Origin: a virus | Taxonomy: Duplodnaviria > Caudoviricetes | Length of the DNA: 64,000 nucleotides | Reading direction: 5' to 3' (one strand) | Virus record (IMG/VR): IMGVR_UViG_3300047160_036266 | Location: 160,001-224,000 of that record | Shown: piece by piece, positions 18,354-27,309 of the stretch | How the letters are laid out: each line of letters starts with the position of its first letter | How positions within the stretch are numbered: position 1 is the stretch's first letter | The notes under the pieces: model-generated | The model's database searches: none | Told to the model about the DNA's origin: nothing | The model's input: the letters and a program-made list of their open reading frames with translations, nothing else | Made by a program: the position numbers and the translations under genes

Positions 18354-18977
18354 ATGGCTCTGAAAAATAAAGATGGTTCCGCCTATCGTCTCCGAGGTCC
18401 GAACCCGCTCATGCGCGAGCAGGAACTCTGGAAGGAATTCAGGTTGCACAACTTTGAATTCAAGGGCGTTGTGATGGCGGACACTACCGAAGTGGTTCCT
18501 TTTGAGAGTCCCTTGCAAGTAAATGAATTCATCGGAGAACTGGAAGCCACCAAAGGGGAACCCACTGTAATTGAGAGACAGGTGCGCGAATTCTACGGCC
18601 ACAACGACCAAAACCCGGTGGAAAGGCCGGTCGTGGTCATCCCCGATTTTCGTGAACAAGACAAGGCCGAACCCAAACCAGTCTTTCATTGTCTCCCGGC
18701 GATAATCCGTCGCCACCGGGACGCCCTCTACGGGGAAACCTATGCCACGGTCAAATATGACTCGCCGTTCACCTTCGAGGCATACGTCGTGGACCAGACC
18801 GACTTCAACCTGTTATTCTGGACCAGTGGACCGGCAGCCGAGAAAATTAGCGAGGGGTCCGTTGTGTACCCGAAGCTGATGGAGAAGCGCTGGTGGAAAG
18901 TGGTGTCACGGGAGGAGAAATCCGGCGGCTGGCTTTATAGGTCCATTCCATCCGACTATCAGCCCAAATTCAAGTAG
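18354..18977 (+). CDS. Hypothetical protein
   Basis: 207 aa; TATATA-CTGC-ATG start. Confidence 0.7.
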   Translation: MALKNKDGSAYRLRGPNPLMREQELWKEFRLHNFEFKGVVMADTTEVVPFESPLQVNEFIGELEATKGEPTVIERQVREFYGHNDQNPVERPVVVIPDFREQDKAEPKPVFHCLPAIIRRHRDALYGETYATVKYDSPFTFEAYVVDQTDFNLLFWTSGPAAEKISEGSVVYPKLMEKRWWKVVSREEKSGGWLYRSIPSDYQPKFK

Positions 18978-19239
18978 CCTTCTTTTCGGGCACGACAGCC
19001 ACCTTCAGGCCCAGCTTGCTTAGTTGTTCCCTGTAGTCATTGACGGCCTTGAGGTAGCCCGTCTCGTAGATGGCGGCGATCAGTTGGTTAAATTCGTTGA
19101 AGTCCCTTTCGGTCAGGATCGTATTGGCCATGCGTTCCACAATCTGTTCGTGGTCGGGATATTTCTGTTGCAGTATCTCGAACATATACTTCTTGATGGC
19201 AAACGTCTTGGGGTTGGTCATGGACTGAAAATAGTTCAT
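18970..19239 (-). CDS. Hypothetical protein
   Basis: MNYFQSMTNP...; ATGA overlap with the upstream small gene. Confidence 0.65.
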   Translation of the reverse strand: MNYFQSMTNPKTFAIKKYMFEILQQKYPDHEQIVERMANTILTERDFNEFNQLIAAIYETGYLKAVNDYREQLSKLGLKVAVVPEKKAT

Positions 19240-19427
19240 TGCTTCTTCTGGCCCTTTCTTTCCGCCTTCTTGATTTTTACTGGTCCGACCGACTTGAGGG
19301 TGCCTCCAGCAGCGGCCCCTTGCCAGGTTCCCTCGCCAGGGAACTGTGGTATTTCCGTACCGTCTTCGCCCGCCGTGCCAGCCACGGCGGCTGCCTCCAC
19401 CAACTTGAGCCATTCCTTAAATGTCAT
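19236..19427 (-). CDS. Small protein with FKEW signal
   Basis: MTFKEWLKLVE; TAAATA plus AAGGA upstream. Confidence 0.7.
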   Translation of the reverse strand: MTFKEWLKLVEAAAVAGTAGEDGTEIPQFPGEGTWQGAAAGGTLKSVGPVKIKKAERKGQKKQ

Positions 19428-22221
19428 AAGTCTGTCCTTTATTTATGCTCTGAGGCAGCCGATTTAGCAAGGAGATGGCGGCGCGATCAACGCCCGTCGC
19501 CGTTCCTTGCGCCACCTTCTGTTCCAGTCGCTTCAGCAACCCCATGACCATTCGTGGGGTGGCCCGCCGCTGGAACCTGCCGTGGAATGCGATATTGGCC
19601 CACTCTCCCCGGCGGAAATAGTCATCCAGTTCCTCGTCAGCCAATGGCGAGGCCGGAGTCGGCCCTGGCAGAGCCGGTCCCCGTGGTTGCAACAACTTCT
19701 CCGGCGGTCGGGGTGGGATGGCGGTGGGCTTCATCGCTTTGACACGCTCCCGCAATTCCTCCATTGCCGGCCTGAGCGATGGGTATTGACGGACCATTTC
19801 TTCGGCAGCCTGCGTTATGGATGGGTCCGCCAGTTTTCTTGCCGCCTGTTCCGGGTCTTGCAGGATATATTGCTCGAATTCCTTCCACTTCAGCATCACA
19901 TCCGCTGCCGGCTCATCCATCTTGGGAGGTTCAGCGCCTCCCTGTTTGGACAGGTGTTCTACCAGGCCCCGCACCCGGCCCACTACGTCCTTCGGCTCTT
20001 TCTCCTGTGTTCTGATTTGCAGAATATCTTCCTGGGCCTTGGCCTCTGCCTCAGCCGGGTTCATGCCCATGTTCTCGTAGGTCATGGCCAGGGCGTAGAA
20101 GCACATATATGTGACGTTGCGCTCTTCGGTCAACGCTTCCATCTTCAGGCGGGCATCACCCGTCCTGTCGGCCTTGGTCTTTTCGGCCTCTGCTTTTTCG
20201 GAATCCTTGGCGGCGTCCCGGAGAAGTTCGTCGTGCAGTACCCGGAGGTTGTATTTGAAGGCACAGTATCCCGTCTGCAACGCCCTGGACCCTCGTAGAT
20301 CGCAGCCCTTGGTCTGAGCTTCCGTCTGTTGCTCTTGAATCGCTCGCGCCTTAATCCGCTCCATGTAGGCGTGGAGGTCTTCGCCGCCTGGTTCGATGCC
20401 TGGACGCTCGCCACGCAGACGCCGGGTGCCACGGCTCCAGTCCTGCTGGGCGTAGTTGCTGACCAGGGTTTTGATCTTGTTGTACCGGGTCCGTTGTTTG
20501 AAAATATATGGATCGTCAAGATTTTCCAGCAGCATGTCCCAGGCAAGGGCGTATAGCTTCTTGGTCATGCTCTTGAGTACCCGTTGTTCAAAAGTCTCTG
20601 CGCCGCCGACTCGTTCCCCCAGCGCCCCTTCAATTGACTTCACAATCTCGGCGTAATACTGGCCGTGAGGGTTGGACTCGAAATTAAAATCGTCATCCAG
20701 GTCGCCCCGTCCTCCGTTGTTGAGGAGAGACTTCTCCAGGCGTGCCAGCCGGTCAGGAAAATCTGGGTGGGCCGGGTCCAGGTACTTCCGGCCCGGTGTA
20801 TTTTGGTTGGGGTGGAAGGCACCGGCGCGAATATGGTTCGTGCCCTGCCAGCCCGGCTTGCTGAAATCGCCCTCGTCTCCCTCTTCTTCCTGGTCAATAT
20901 CTGGGAAATCGCCTACCTCGACATAATCTTTCTCGTGGCCCAACCTCATGTCTTCGGGCAAAGCCGCCATCTCGTCGTCAGTAAGTTTGCGCAGGAACTT
21001 GCCCGGCAGGAGAACCGGCACTTCATGCTCTTCCTGGGTCCGCTCGCCGGTGTGTGGATTTAGGCGTGTCACCTGGACCTTCTTCTTCGGCAGGTGCAAC
21101 TCCGGGGAGATTACCTCGTACCTTGGTTGGGTTGTGGGCTTTTTTGGCTTTTTCTCGCCGGGTTTGGGCTTGGGTGGTGGCCTGGGAGGCAGTTTGTTTA
21201 CTTGCACTACCTGGCCCTGGGGGTGGCCCGGCGAGGGCGGCGAGCGCAGTTTGCCCTGTTGGGCAAGGTGGTAAATATCGTCCCATGCAAGTTCCTCAGC
21301 CAGCTTGCGGCGCAAGCTACTCCTGGTCTTAATGTCGCTCTCGCTCACCGGCTCGTTCGGGAATATTTGGTCCCACTTTTCTTTCACAAATGGGTCGCCC
21401 GGTATATTCATCCAGTGGGTCTTGGCCATTTCCTTGCGTATCTTATCGACGGTAAAGGTGTCCCGTATTTCTGACTGTCCAAGGCCGATGCCCCGATCCG
21501 GCCCCCACGTCTCCGGGGGATGAGGCAGTTCGCCCAACATGCGGTGAGCAGTGTAATTCATCCAGTCGCTCAGCCGCTCGGAGGCAGTGTGCTTCTTCAT
21601 GAAATTCATACCACGAGTGGCGCTATGCAGCTTGTCGGAGCGCGAAACACGAGGGTTCCACAAGTCATAGCCGTTTGCCACGCCCGTATCCCCTTCGATC
21701 TTGTGAATCAGGGACTCCATCTGCGGTTTGGCGACAATAACGTGTGGCTCGCCGCCGCCGGGGACTCGGAACGAATAATTCTTCTCTTCGGGATACTTGA
21801 TGTGCGGTACTTTCCGTTCAGCGTACAGTTCGGCTTCATGCGAAGCTCGTGAGGCAGCCCGGCGTTTCGCTATGTCGGCGTTGTGTTCCCGGCCCTCTTC
21901 GTCCAGATACCTGGGGAAGAGTTCGTTGTATTTCTCGTCGTAGGCAGGCTTGCGAGCCTCCTCGCGCGCCTGGAGGGCTTCGAGGAGGTCGTCGTGGTAG
22001 CGCTTGAGAAGAGCTTCCTTCCAAAACCGGCGTGGGAATTGATGGAGGAAGGCAATGTCGCCCTCATCAAACTTGATCGGCTGCTTGAATATGTGCATCC
22101 GCTTGGCCATTTCGTCCAGGCGGAACTTTGTGTAAGCCTGGTCCTTGCCATAATACGCCGTGTTGAAAAAGCGGGCAAAGGAGCGAGGCTCTACAAAATG
22201 TGTTTCCGTGTGCATTACCAT
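19417..22221 (-). CDS. Large hypothetical protein (934 aa)
   Basis: Long ORF with Pro/Lys-rich linker, divergent from the gp13-like gene. Confidence 0.8.
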   Translation of the reverse strand: MVMHTETHFVEPRSFARFFNTAYYGKDQAYTKFRLDEMAKRMHIFKQPIKFDEGDIAFLHQFPRRFWKEALLKRYHDDLLEALQAREEARKPAYDEKYNELFPRYLDEEGREHNADIAKRRAASRASHEAELYAERKVPHIKYPEEKNYSFRVPGGGEPHVIVAKPQMESLIHKIEGDTGVANGYDLWNPRVSRSDKLHSATRGMNFMKKHTASERLSDWMNYTAHRMLGELPHPPETWGPDRGIGLGQSEIRDTFTVDKIRKEMAKTHWMNIPGDPFVKEKWDQIFPNEPVSESDIKTRSSLRRKLAEELAWDDIYHLAQQGKLRSPPSPGHPQGQVVQVNKLPPRPPPKPKPGEKKPKKPTTQPRYEVISPELHLPKKKVQVTRLNPHTGERTQEEHEVPVLLPGKFLRKLTDDEMAALPEDMRLGHEKDYVEVGDFPDIDQEEEGDEGDFSKPGWQGTNHIRAGAFHPNQNTPGRKYLDPAHPDFPDRLARLEKSLLNNGGRGDLDDDFNFESNPHGQYYAEIVKSIEGALGERVGGAETFEQRVLKSMTKKLYALAWDMLLENLDDPYIFKQRTRYNKIKTLVSNYAQQDWSRGTRRLRGERPGIEPGGEDLHAYMERIKARAIQEQQTEAQTKGCDLRGSRALQTGYCAFKYNLRVLHDELLRDAAKDSEKAEAEKTKADRTGDARLKMEALTEERNVTYMCFYALAMTYENMGMNPAEAEAKAQEDILQIRTQEKEPKDVVGRVRGLVEHLSKQGGAEPPKMDEPAADVMLKWKEFEQYILQDPEQAARKLADPSITQAAEEMVRQYPSLRPAMEELRERVKAMKPTAIPPRPPEKLLQPRGPALPGPTPASPLADEELDDYFRRGEWANIAFHGRFQRRATPRMVMGLLKRLEQKVAQGTATGVDRAAISLLNRLPQSINKGQTYDI

Positions 22222-22248
22222 TTTTCCAATCCTGACTCTATATATGAC

Positions 22249-23160
22249 ATGCCTTCATCTTCTTGCAACCAGGACACTTTGCTAATTTGCCGCCCGACTG
22301 CCCAGACGGCTCAACAACAGCAACAGCAGGGCTGCCCATCTACCTGCGGTAACAACCTGGGCGTTTCCGACCCTCTGAACAGGAATCAACTCAGCCCACG
22401 TCCCAATCGCAGTAAGGTTCGGGGACAGATAAAGGACTACATTCTATTGATGCTCGGCGCTCCAGTTGTCAGCATCGAATTGGATGAGCAGCAGGTGGAC
22501 GCCGCTGTGGACCTGGCTCTCCAGATATTTGAGGACTACGCCCCCAGGGAATACTTCCAGTATTACGTCTTCAATACGATCCCCGGCAAGAGCGTTTACG
22601 AGTTGCCGCCCGACGTGGGCATGGTCCGCAACGTATTCTACAAGCAGACCGGCACCTTTGCCTTTCAGTCGTCCGACCTGGGCGGTGCCATCCCCGTGGA
22701 GTATTTCTACCCTGGCGGTGCCTATGGCAGTATTACCGGCGGTCTGATTGACCCGGTGCAGCCGATCTGGGGTCGCATGGGCGAATGGGTGTTGTACAAG
22801 CAATACGAGCAGATGTATTCGCGCATCGCCTCGAACCTGGGCGGCTGGGAGTGGGTTGGCGGCTTCAACCACATTAAGATATATCCTATTCCGTTCCGGG
22901 TCCATCAGGTCATTGTCCATTATCTCCAGAAGCACACCGACTGGCAGCAGGTAACACAAGCCATGCAGGAGGGGGCGCTGGCTTTCGCCAAGATCATGCT
23001 GGGTCGTATCCGTAGCAAGATCAAGAACCCGCCTGGTCCTAACCAGGGCGTGCAGTTGGATGGGGATACGCTTCTTCAGGAAGGAAGGGAAGATAAGGAG
23101 AAATGGGAAGAGCGACTGTTGGTTCGCTTCGGAGATATTCTGCCAATTACTTTGGGATGA
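22249..23160 (+). CDS. Neck protein (gp13-like)
   Basis: IKDYILLMLGAPVVSIELDEQQ...ALQIF, GVQLDGDTLLQEG...LPITLG; start moved to 22249. Confidence 0.85.
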   Translation: MPSSSCNQDTLLICRPTAQTAQQQQQQGCPSTCGNNLGVSDPLNRNQLSPRPNRSKVRGQIKDYILLMLGAPVVSIELDEQQVDAAVDLALQIFEDYAPREYFQYYVFNTIPGKSVYELPPDVGMVRNVFYKQTGTFAFQSSDLGGAIPVEYFYPGGAYGSITGGLIDPVQPIWGRMGEWVLYKQYEQMYSRIASNLGGWEWVGGFNHIKIYPIPFRVHQVIVHYLQKHTDWQQVTQAMQEGALAFAKIMLGRIRSKIKNPPGPNQGVQLDGDTLLQEGREDKEKWEERLLVRFGDILPITLG

Positions 23161-23192
23161 TGCTGCTTATATATTGGAAATGAGGGGTATAC

Positions 23193-23624
23193 ATGAATGA
23201 CTTTCAATCCATCTTGAGATTACTTATTGAAAAAGACGAGGGGGAGGCGGGAGCCGAGGGCGAAGGCGAAGAAGCTGCTGCGGCAGCCGGAGGCACACCC
23301 CAGCCCACTCAAAGTATGGACAAGGCAACTGATCCTGAGATGGCCTTCCGGCTGTATAGGAAGGAGTACGATGGCTTGGTGGGACAACTTAATGGTGTCG
23401 TGAGCCAGCACTTGCGAAGGTTGGAGGATTTGCGTACTCATGCAATGGCTAAGCTTGGTGATGTGGAGTCTCTGGAAGATATGAAGGCACGCCATGCGGC
23501 ATTGCGGCCAACCATGCAGCGGCCTGATATTAGCAAAATTGCCGGTAGGCGAGCAGCAGTTCAGCAGGCATACACTACGCCCCCGCAGCAGCAGCCTGGG
23601 ACCGCTACTGGAGGAACACAATGA
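23193..23624 (+). CDS. Hypothetical protein
   Basis: 143 aa, acidic N-terminus MNDFQSILRLLIE. Confidence 0.65.
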   Translation: MNDFQSILRLLIEKDEGEAGAEGEGEEAAAAAGGTPQPTQSMDKATDPEMAFRLYRKEYDGLVGQLNGVVSQHLRRLEDLRTHAMAKLGDVESLEDMKARHAALRPTMQRPDISKIAGRRAAVQQAYTTPPQQQPGTATGGTQ

Positions 23625-24337
23625 GGAAAATATATCGAGAGACAAATGGTACAACTGGTACGGCTGCCGCCGGGGGCACTGCCAAGCCTGAGACTGCCAC
23701 TCTAAATCAGATATTGCAACAGGCTCAGAACGCCATTAAAGCCGCAATGAAACACTTTACGGACGGTATGGACGGGTTAAACGAGCGGCTGCTGGCGAAA
23801 ATGATTGACCTGGCGAAAACGCACCGTACTATGGCAGACAGGGTTGAGGATTTGACCACCCAACTTGCAACTGCCCAGGAAAATTATCGCCAATTGGATG
23901 GCCGAGTAACCAATCTGAATACTCAGATACAACAACTTGGTGTGGAAAGCGGTGTCGCTCAAGCAACAATACAAAGGTTGCAGGATGAGGCTACGAAGTT
24001 GCAGGAAGACATCCGAACGGCAACTCAGGAACTCGCCCAGGCGGAAACTCAGTTGAAACAGCACAAGGCAGGGCGCACATTATCCGATCAGCTTATCTCG
24101 GACCTCCAGCAAATGCTGCAAGACCAGGATACGCTTATCAGCCAGTATCAGCACAATGTTGAACAACTGGAAGCCAAGTACGAGGAATTGCAGAGACACA
24201 CCAAGAGTATTGGAGGTCCGGTGTCCCTGACTCAACAAAATGCACACACTCAGCACTTTGGAGTTAATCTCCGTGAACACCTGGAACGCGCCAGGAAGGT
24301 TGACGAACAGAAATATGGCCGACAAGGCAAGTTCTAA
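23621..24337 (+). CDS. Coiled-coil hypothetical protein
   Basis: Heptad-rich Q/E/L sequence; ATGA overlap. Confidence 0.7.
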   Translation: MRKIYRETNGTTGTAAAGGTAKPETATLNQILQQAQNAIKAAMKHFTDGMDGLNERLLAKMIDLAKTHRTMADRVEDLTTQLATAQENYRQLDGRVTNLNTQIQQLGVESGVAQATIQRLQDEATKLQEDIRTATQELAQAETQLKQHKAGRTLSDQLISDLQQMLQDQDTLISQYQHNVEQLEAKYEELQRHTKSIGGPVSLTQQNAHTQHFGVNLREHLERARKVDEQKYGRQGKF

Positions 24338-24344
24338 GACGAAG

Positions 24345-24368
24345 AACCCTGCTCCGGCGGGGTTTTTT
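24345..24368 (+). terminator. Intrinsic terminator
   Basis: AACCCTGC-TCCG-GCGGGGTT-TTTT. Confidence 0.8.
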
Positions 24369-24391
24369 GTTGCGCTCCACTACATAATATG

Positions 24392-24997
24392 ATGAATACC
24401 TGGCTGGAGCATCGTCGCAAGCTCGCTGAAGAAGCCCTGAACGTAGTCGAGTACCGTGAGCTTTCCAAGGAAGAGTTCGAGGAACTGGCAGTCAACTACT
24501 GCGCCGCCGCACTGCGGCAGCCCCGTCTGCTGGAATGCGCCCACGCCAGCAACCAGGCTTTTATGGAAGCCGCCGAGGCATCCCGGTATGCCATCGAAGT
24601 CAACTACCGCACGACCATCAAGGACGCCCAGGAAGGTTTCGCCAAGATTGCAATGGGTTATGCCTCCGCAGCTTTGAAGGCTCACGGATACCACGTCAAG
24701 ATGGTCCTCACCGAAAAGCCCATGCGGTTGCTGGTGTCCAGCCGGAATTGGGACGATGGCGAGTGGGTCGGGATGATCTCGTACAACCCGGACCACAACT
24801 GCTTCATCTTGTCCAAAGGCTTTTACAACCGAGAACGGCGGACTGTCTCGGTGCAAAAGAGTGAAAAGTGCAGCGGTGACTCCGGCGCATCTTTGGCCAA
24901 TGACCTGAGAAATATGATGCACGCCCTGAAGAATGAGCCAGACGCCCACCAGGAGAAGCTGAAGCCGGTGCCTTTGAAGCGTGGTCCGAAGTCGTAA
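24392..24997 (+). CDS. Hypothetical protein
   Basis: ~200 aa behind TACATA. Confidence 0.7.
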   Translation: MNTWLEHRRKLAEEALNVVEYRELSKEEFEELAVNYCAAALRQPRLLECAHASNQAFMEAAEASRYAIEVNYRTTIKDAQEGFAKIAMGYASAALKAHGYHVKMVLTEKPMRLLVSSRNWDDGEWVGMISYNPDHNCFILSKGFYNRERRTVSVQKSEKCSGDSGASLANDLRNMMHALKNEPDAHQEKLKPVPLKRGPKS

Positions 24998-25006
24998 GGA
25001 GAACCA

Positions 25007-25201
25007 ATGGCCTGCATTTTGAACTTGCCGATCCCCCAACCGCCGCCGCCAGGTCCGCCACCGCAGGGCATCATGCGGCCCGTCAACCCCACTAACAAGG
25101 GGGTGTGCTACGTTACTTCGCTTCAGACCCAGGTGACGGCTCTCCTCCCGAAAGTTACTTGCGACCACCCTCCGATTGACCTGACGAAGTGCCCTTGTTG
25201 A
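25007..25201 (+). CDS. Small Pro/Cys-rich protein
   Basis: AAGGAG SD; ends CDHPPIDLTKCPC. Confidence 0.6.
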   Translation: MACILNLPIPQPPPPGPPPQGIMRPVNPTNKGVCYVTSLQTQVTALLPKVTCDHPPIDLTKCPC

Positions 25202-26243
25202 CGGTTCCCTGAAGCGGGAATTCTTTCACACCCATCAGCCGCTTAATGGCAGGGGCGAACTCCTTATTCTTGATGATAGCGGCCAAGCGATCATATTCCG
25301 TGTCCAGCGCCGCCAGTTGCCCACGAAGTTTCACCCGCTCGTCCTCGATGGCGTCCAGGCGACGACCAATATCGGCAAGCTCCTGGGCCTTGCTGGTAAA
25401 CTGGCGAAGCAGGAGGCCAAGGTCGATTTCCTCTTCCGGCTCTGGGGGCTGCTGCTGGACTTCAGGGACCGGGTGGCCCATCAGCGTATGACCCGCCGCT
25501 GTCAGGTCGTAACCGACGATAGCCGTGCCGCTGCGAATCTCCTCGACGTATTCAAACTTCAGAAGTTCGCTGATGACCCGGCTGACAGTGCGCAGAAGGT
25601 GACTACTCCAGTCACACTCTTGTTGAAGGGTTTTGATAAAGTCGTTCTTGGTCCGGGACCGACCTCCCTCGTTGATCTTCTGAATCTTCTCCAGCACGAA
25701 TTTCAACTTGTCCGGCTTGTTGATAATCCCCCGCAGGTGAGAGAAGTCCAACTCGGCCTGCTCCTCGCTCGCTTCCTCAGATGGAACCGGCTCCTCCACA
25801 GGCGTGTCCCGAAGGGCTAACGGGATAGAAGGGATGACGGCGACTTCTTCCGGCGGCATGGTGGCTACAGTCACGGTTTCCTCCAGACGCTCGTGGCGCA
25901 GTTCTTGCCGCCAGTGGCGCGATATTGACTTGCAGCAGCCCTTGAGTTGGTTGAAGAGATTTTCGGCAGAGTAGCCAGAGCCATCAGGGATGAGTAGGGT
26001 CATCTGATGGTCCTTTGTGTCGTTCGGGCCGGGCTTGACCCGAAGGTAAACTCCGAAGTCTTTATATCCGATGACCCTGATAGGGGAGGAGATGGAGTCA
26101 CAGTGCTTCATCTTGTCGATGCGGCATGACCAGGCCAGGTCTTTGGTGTAGCCTGCCTTGGTCAGAAGCATCTCGACCAGTTCGGCGGCTCCCTTGGGGT
26201 CGGAGTGGAAGTGGTCGCCCGCTGCGTACACTTCAACTTTCAC
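25155..26243 (-). CDS. Hypothetical protein with winged-helix-like segment and coiled coil
   Basis: GTG start with AGGAG SD; TTGACA-N18-TAGAGT upstream (26281-26310). Confidence 0.7.
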   Translation of the reverse strand: MKVEVYAAGDHFHSDPKGAAELVEMLLTKAGYTKDLAWSCRIDKMKHCDSISSPIRVIGYKDFGVYLRVKPGPNDTKDHQMTLLIPDGSGYSAENLFNQLKGCCKSISRHWRQELRHERLEETVTVATMPPEEVAVIPSIPLALRDTPVEEPVPSEEASEEQAELDFSHLRGIINKPDKLKFVLEKIQKINEGGRSRTKNDFIKTLQQECDWSSHLLRTVSRVISELLKFEYVEEIRSGTAIVGYDLTAAGHTLMGHPVPEVQQQPPEPEEEIDLGLLLRQFTSKAQELADIGRRLDAIEDERVKLRGQLAALDTEYDRLAAIIKNKEFAPAIKRLMGVKEFPLQGTVNKGTSSGQSEGGRK

Positions 26244-26324
26244 GGCGGAATCTCCTTTGGGGGCAAGGTTTTCCGACTCTACTCTACTGCCCGGAGAAAA
26301 CGGTTGTCAAGGGCTAAATAGGGC

Positions 26325-26804
26325 ATGATGTTGACTGAGCAATTCCATCGCATCGGCACCAACGGCAAGAAATATTATGGCCTCTGGGGTGCTGGCATCC
26401 TCTTCACCGATGGCGACCGAATTCTGTTGCTCCGGCGAAATACTCCGTCCGATTGTCCCAGCAAATGGGGATTACCAGGAGGGAGGGCCGAGAAGGGCGA
26501 GTCGGCCATTGACTGTGCGCGACGGGAGGCGAAGGAGGAGTGCGGCACACTCACCGGCACCCGCTTCGCCAACTTCGAGGAGATCGACGGTAAGCACCGC
26601 TTTTATGTCTTCCTTTATGCAGTTGATTCCCCCTTTGAGGTTAAATTGACCAAGGAACACGACAAGTCGGAGTGGGTGCCGCTGGGGGATTTAGACAAGT
26701 ATGACCTGCATCCTCGTCTGGAGAAGCAGATGCCGTATTATCGGAAGGCCATTTCTCGTAGATTCCCCCCTAAAAAGTTCACCGAATGGTTGGCGTGTCG
26801 ATAA
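26325..26804 (+). CDS. NUDIX hydrolase
   Basis: Nudix box GGRAEKGESAIDCARREAKEECG. Confidence 0.92.
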   Translation: MMLTEQFHRIGTNGKKYYGLWGAGILFTDGDRILLLRRNTPSDCPSKWGLPGGRAEKGESAIDCARREAKEECGTLTGTRFANFEEIDGKHRFYVFLYAVDSPFEVKLTKEHDKSEWVPLGDLDKYDLHPRLEKQMPYYRKAISRRFPPKKFTEWLACR

Positions 26805-26810
26805 ATCCAG

Positions 26811-26838
26811 TTGACAGTTGGGCGAAATCAATTAAAAT
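26811..26838 (+). promoter_or_regulatory. sigma70-like promoter
   Basis: TTGACA-N16-TAAAAT. Confidence 0.6.
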
Positions 26839-27000
26839 TCTGGAGGCGACCAAACGCTGCCGCATTTGCCCGCTGCCGGAATTTGCCTGCCTGACCGAAT
26901 TTTCCGTTACCGAAATCGGCATGTGAGTTGCAGAATCATTCCTCGAACGAGGAGGAACGCCATAGTGTTGTATCTGAACCCACGACGAAGGAGTAGTCCG

Positions 27001-27252
27001 ATGATCGCGTTACTCGAACACCACCAACCTGCCAGGATGACCGACCTGGAGAAGTTCCTCGAAGACGTTATCCGCACAAGCTCAAAGGGCCTGCGGTTGC
27101 ACGAATTCGTGTTGAAAGCCCTCCATCACGGCTACCGGGGCGAGGAACGGGGCGAACTCACCAAGAACATCCATCGGTCCCTCAAGCGTCTGGTCCGCCG
27201 GGGCGTGATCCGCCGCACGGAAGATGAAAACGCCGTGGAATTCGTGGCCTGA
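27001..27252 (+). CDS. Small putative DNA-binding protein
   Basis: AAGGAG SD; NIHRSLKRLVRRGVI is winged-helix-like. Confidence 0.6.
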   Translation: MIALLEHHQPARMTDLEKFLEDVIRTSSKGLRLHEFVLKALHHGYRGEERGELTKNIHRSLKRLVRRGVIRRTEDENAVEFVA

Positions 27253-27274
27253 CACTGTAAACGCCCCTATACAC

Positions 27275-27309
27275 ACTGCCCAGCGGCTTGGCCGCTGGGC
27301 AGTTTTGTT
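27275..27309. terminator. Intrinsic terminator
   Basis: Perfect 13-bp stem ACTGCCCAGCGGC-TTG-GCCGCTGGGCAGT then TTTGTT, between convergent genes. Confidence 0.85.

Noticed and set aside
21883-22248. N-terminal extension of the gp13-like ORF in the track
   Set aside because: It overlaps the 934-aa gene antisense; homology and the promoter motif point to ATG 22249
26845-27000. Long 5' leader as riboswitch or ncRNA
   Set aside because: Only a short TTCCTCG/CGAGGA hairpin is visible and no known aptamer consensus; could instead be an upstream GTG start
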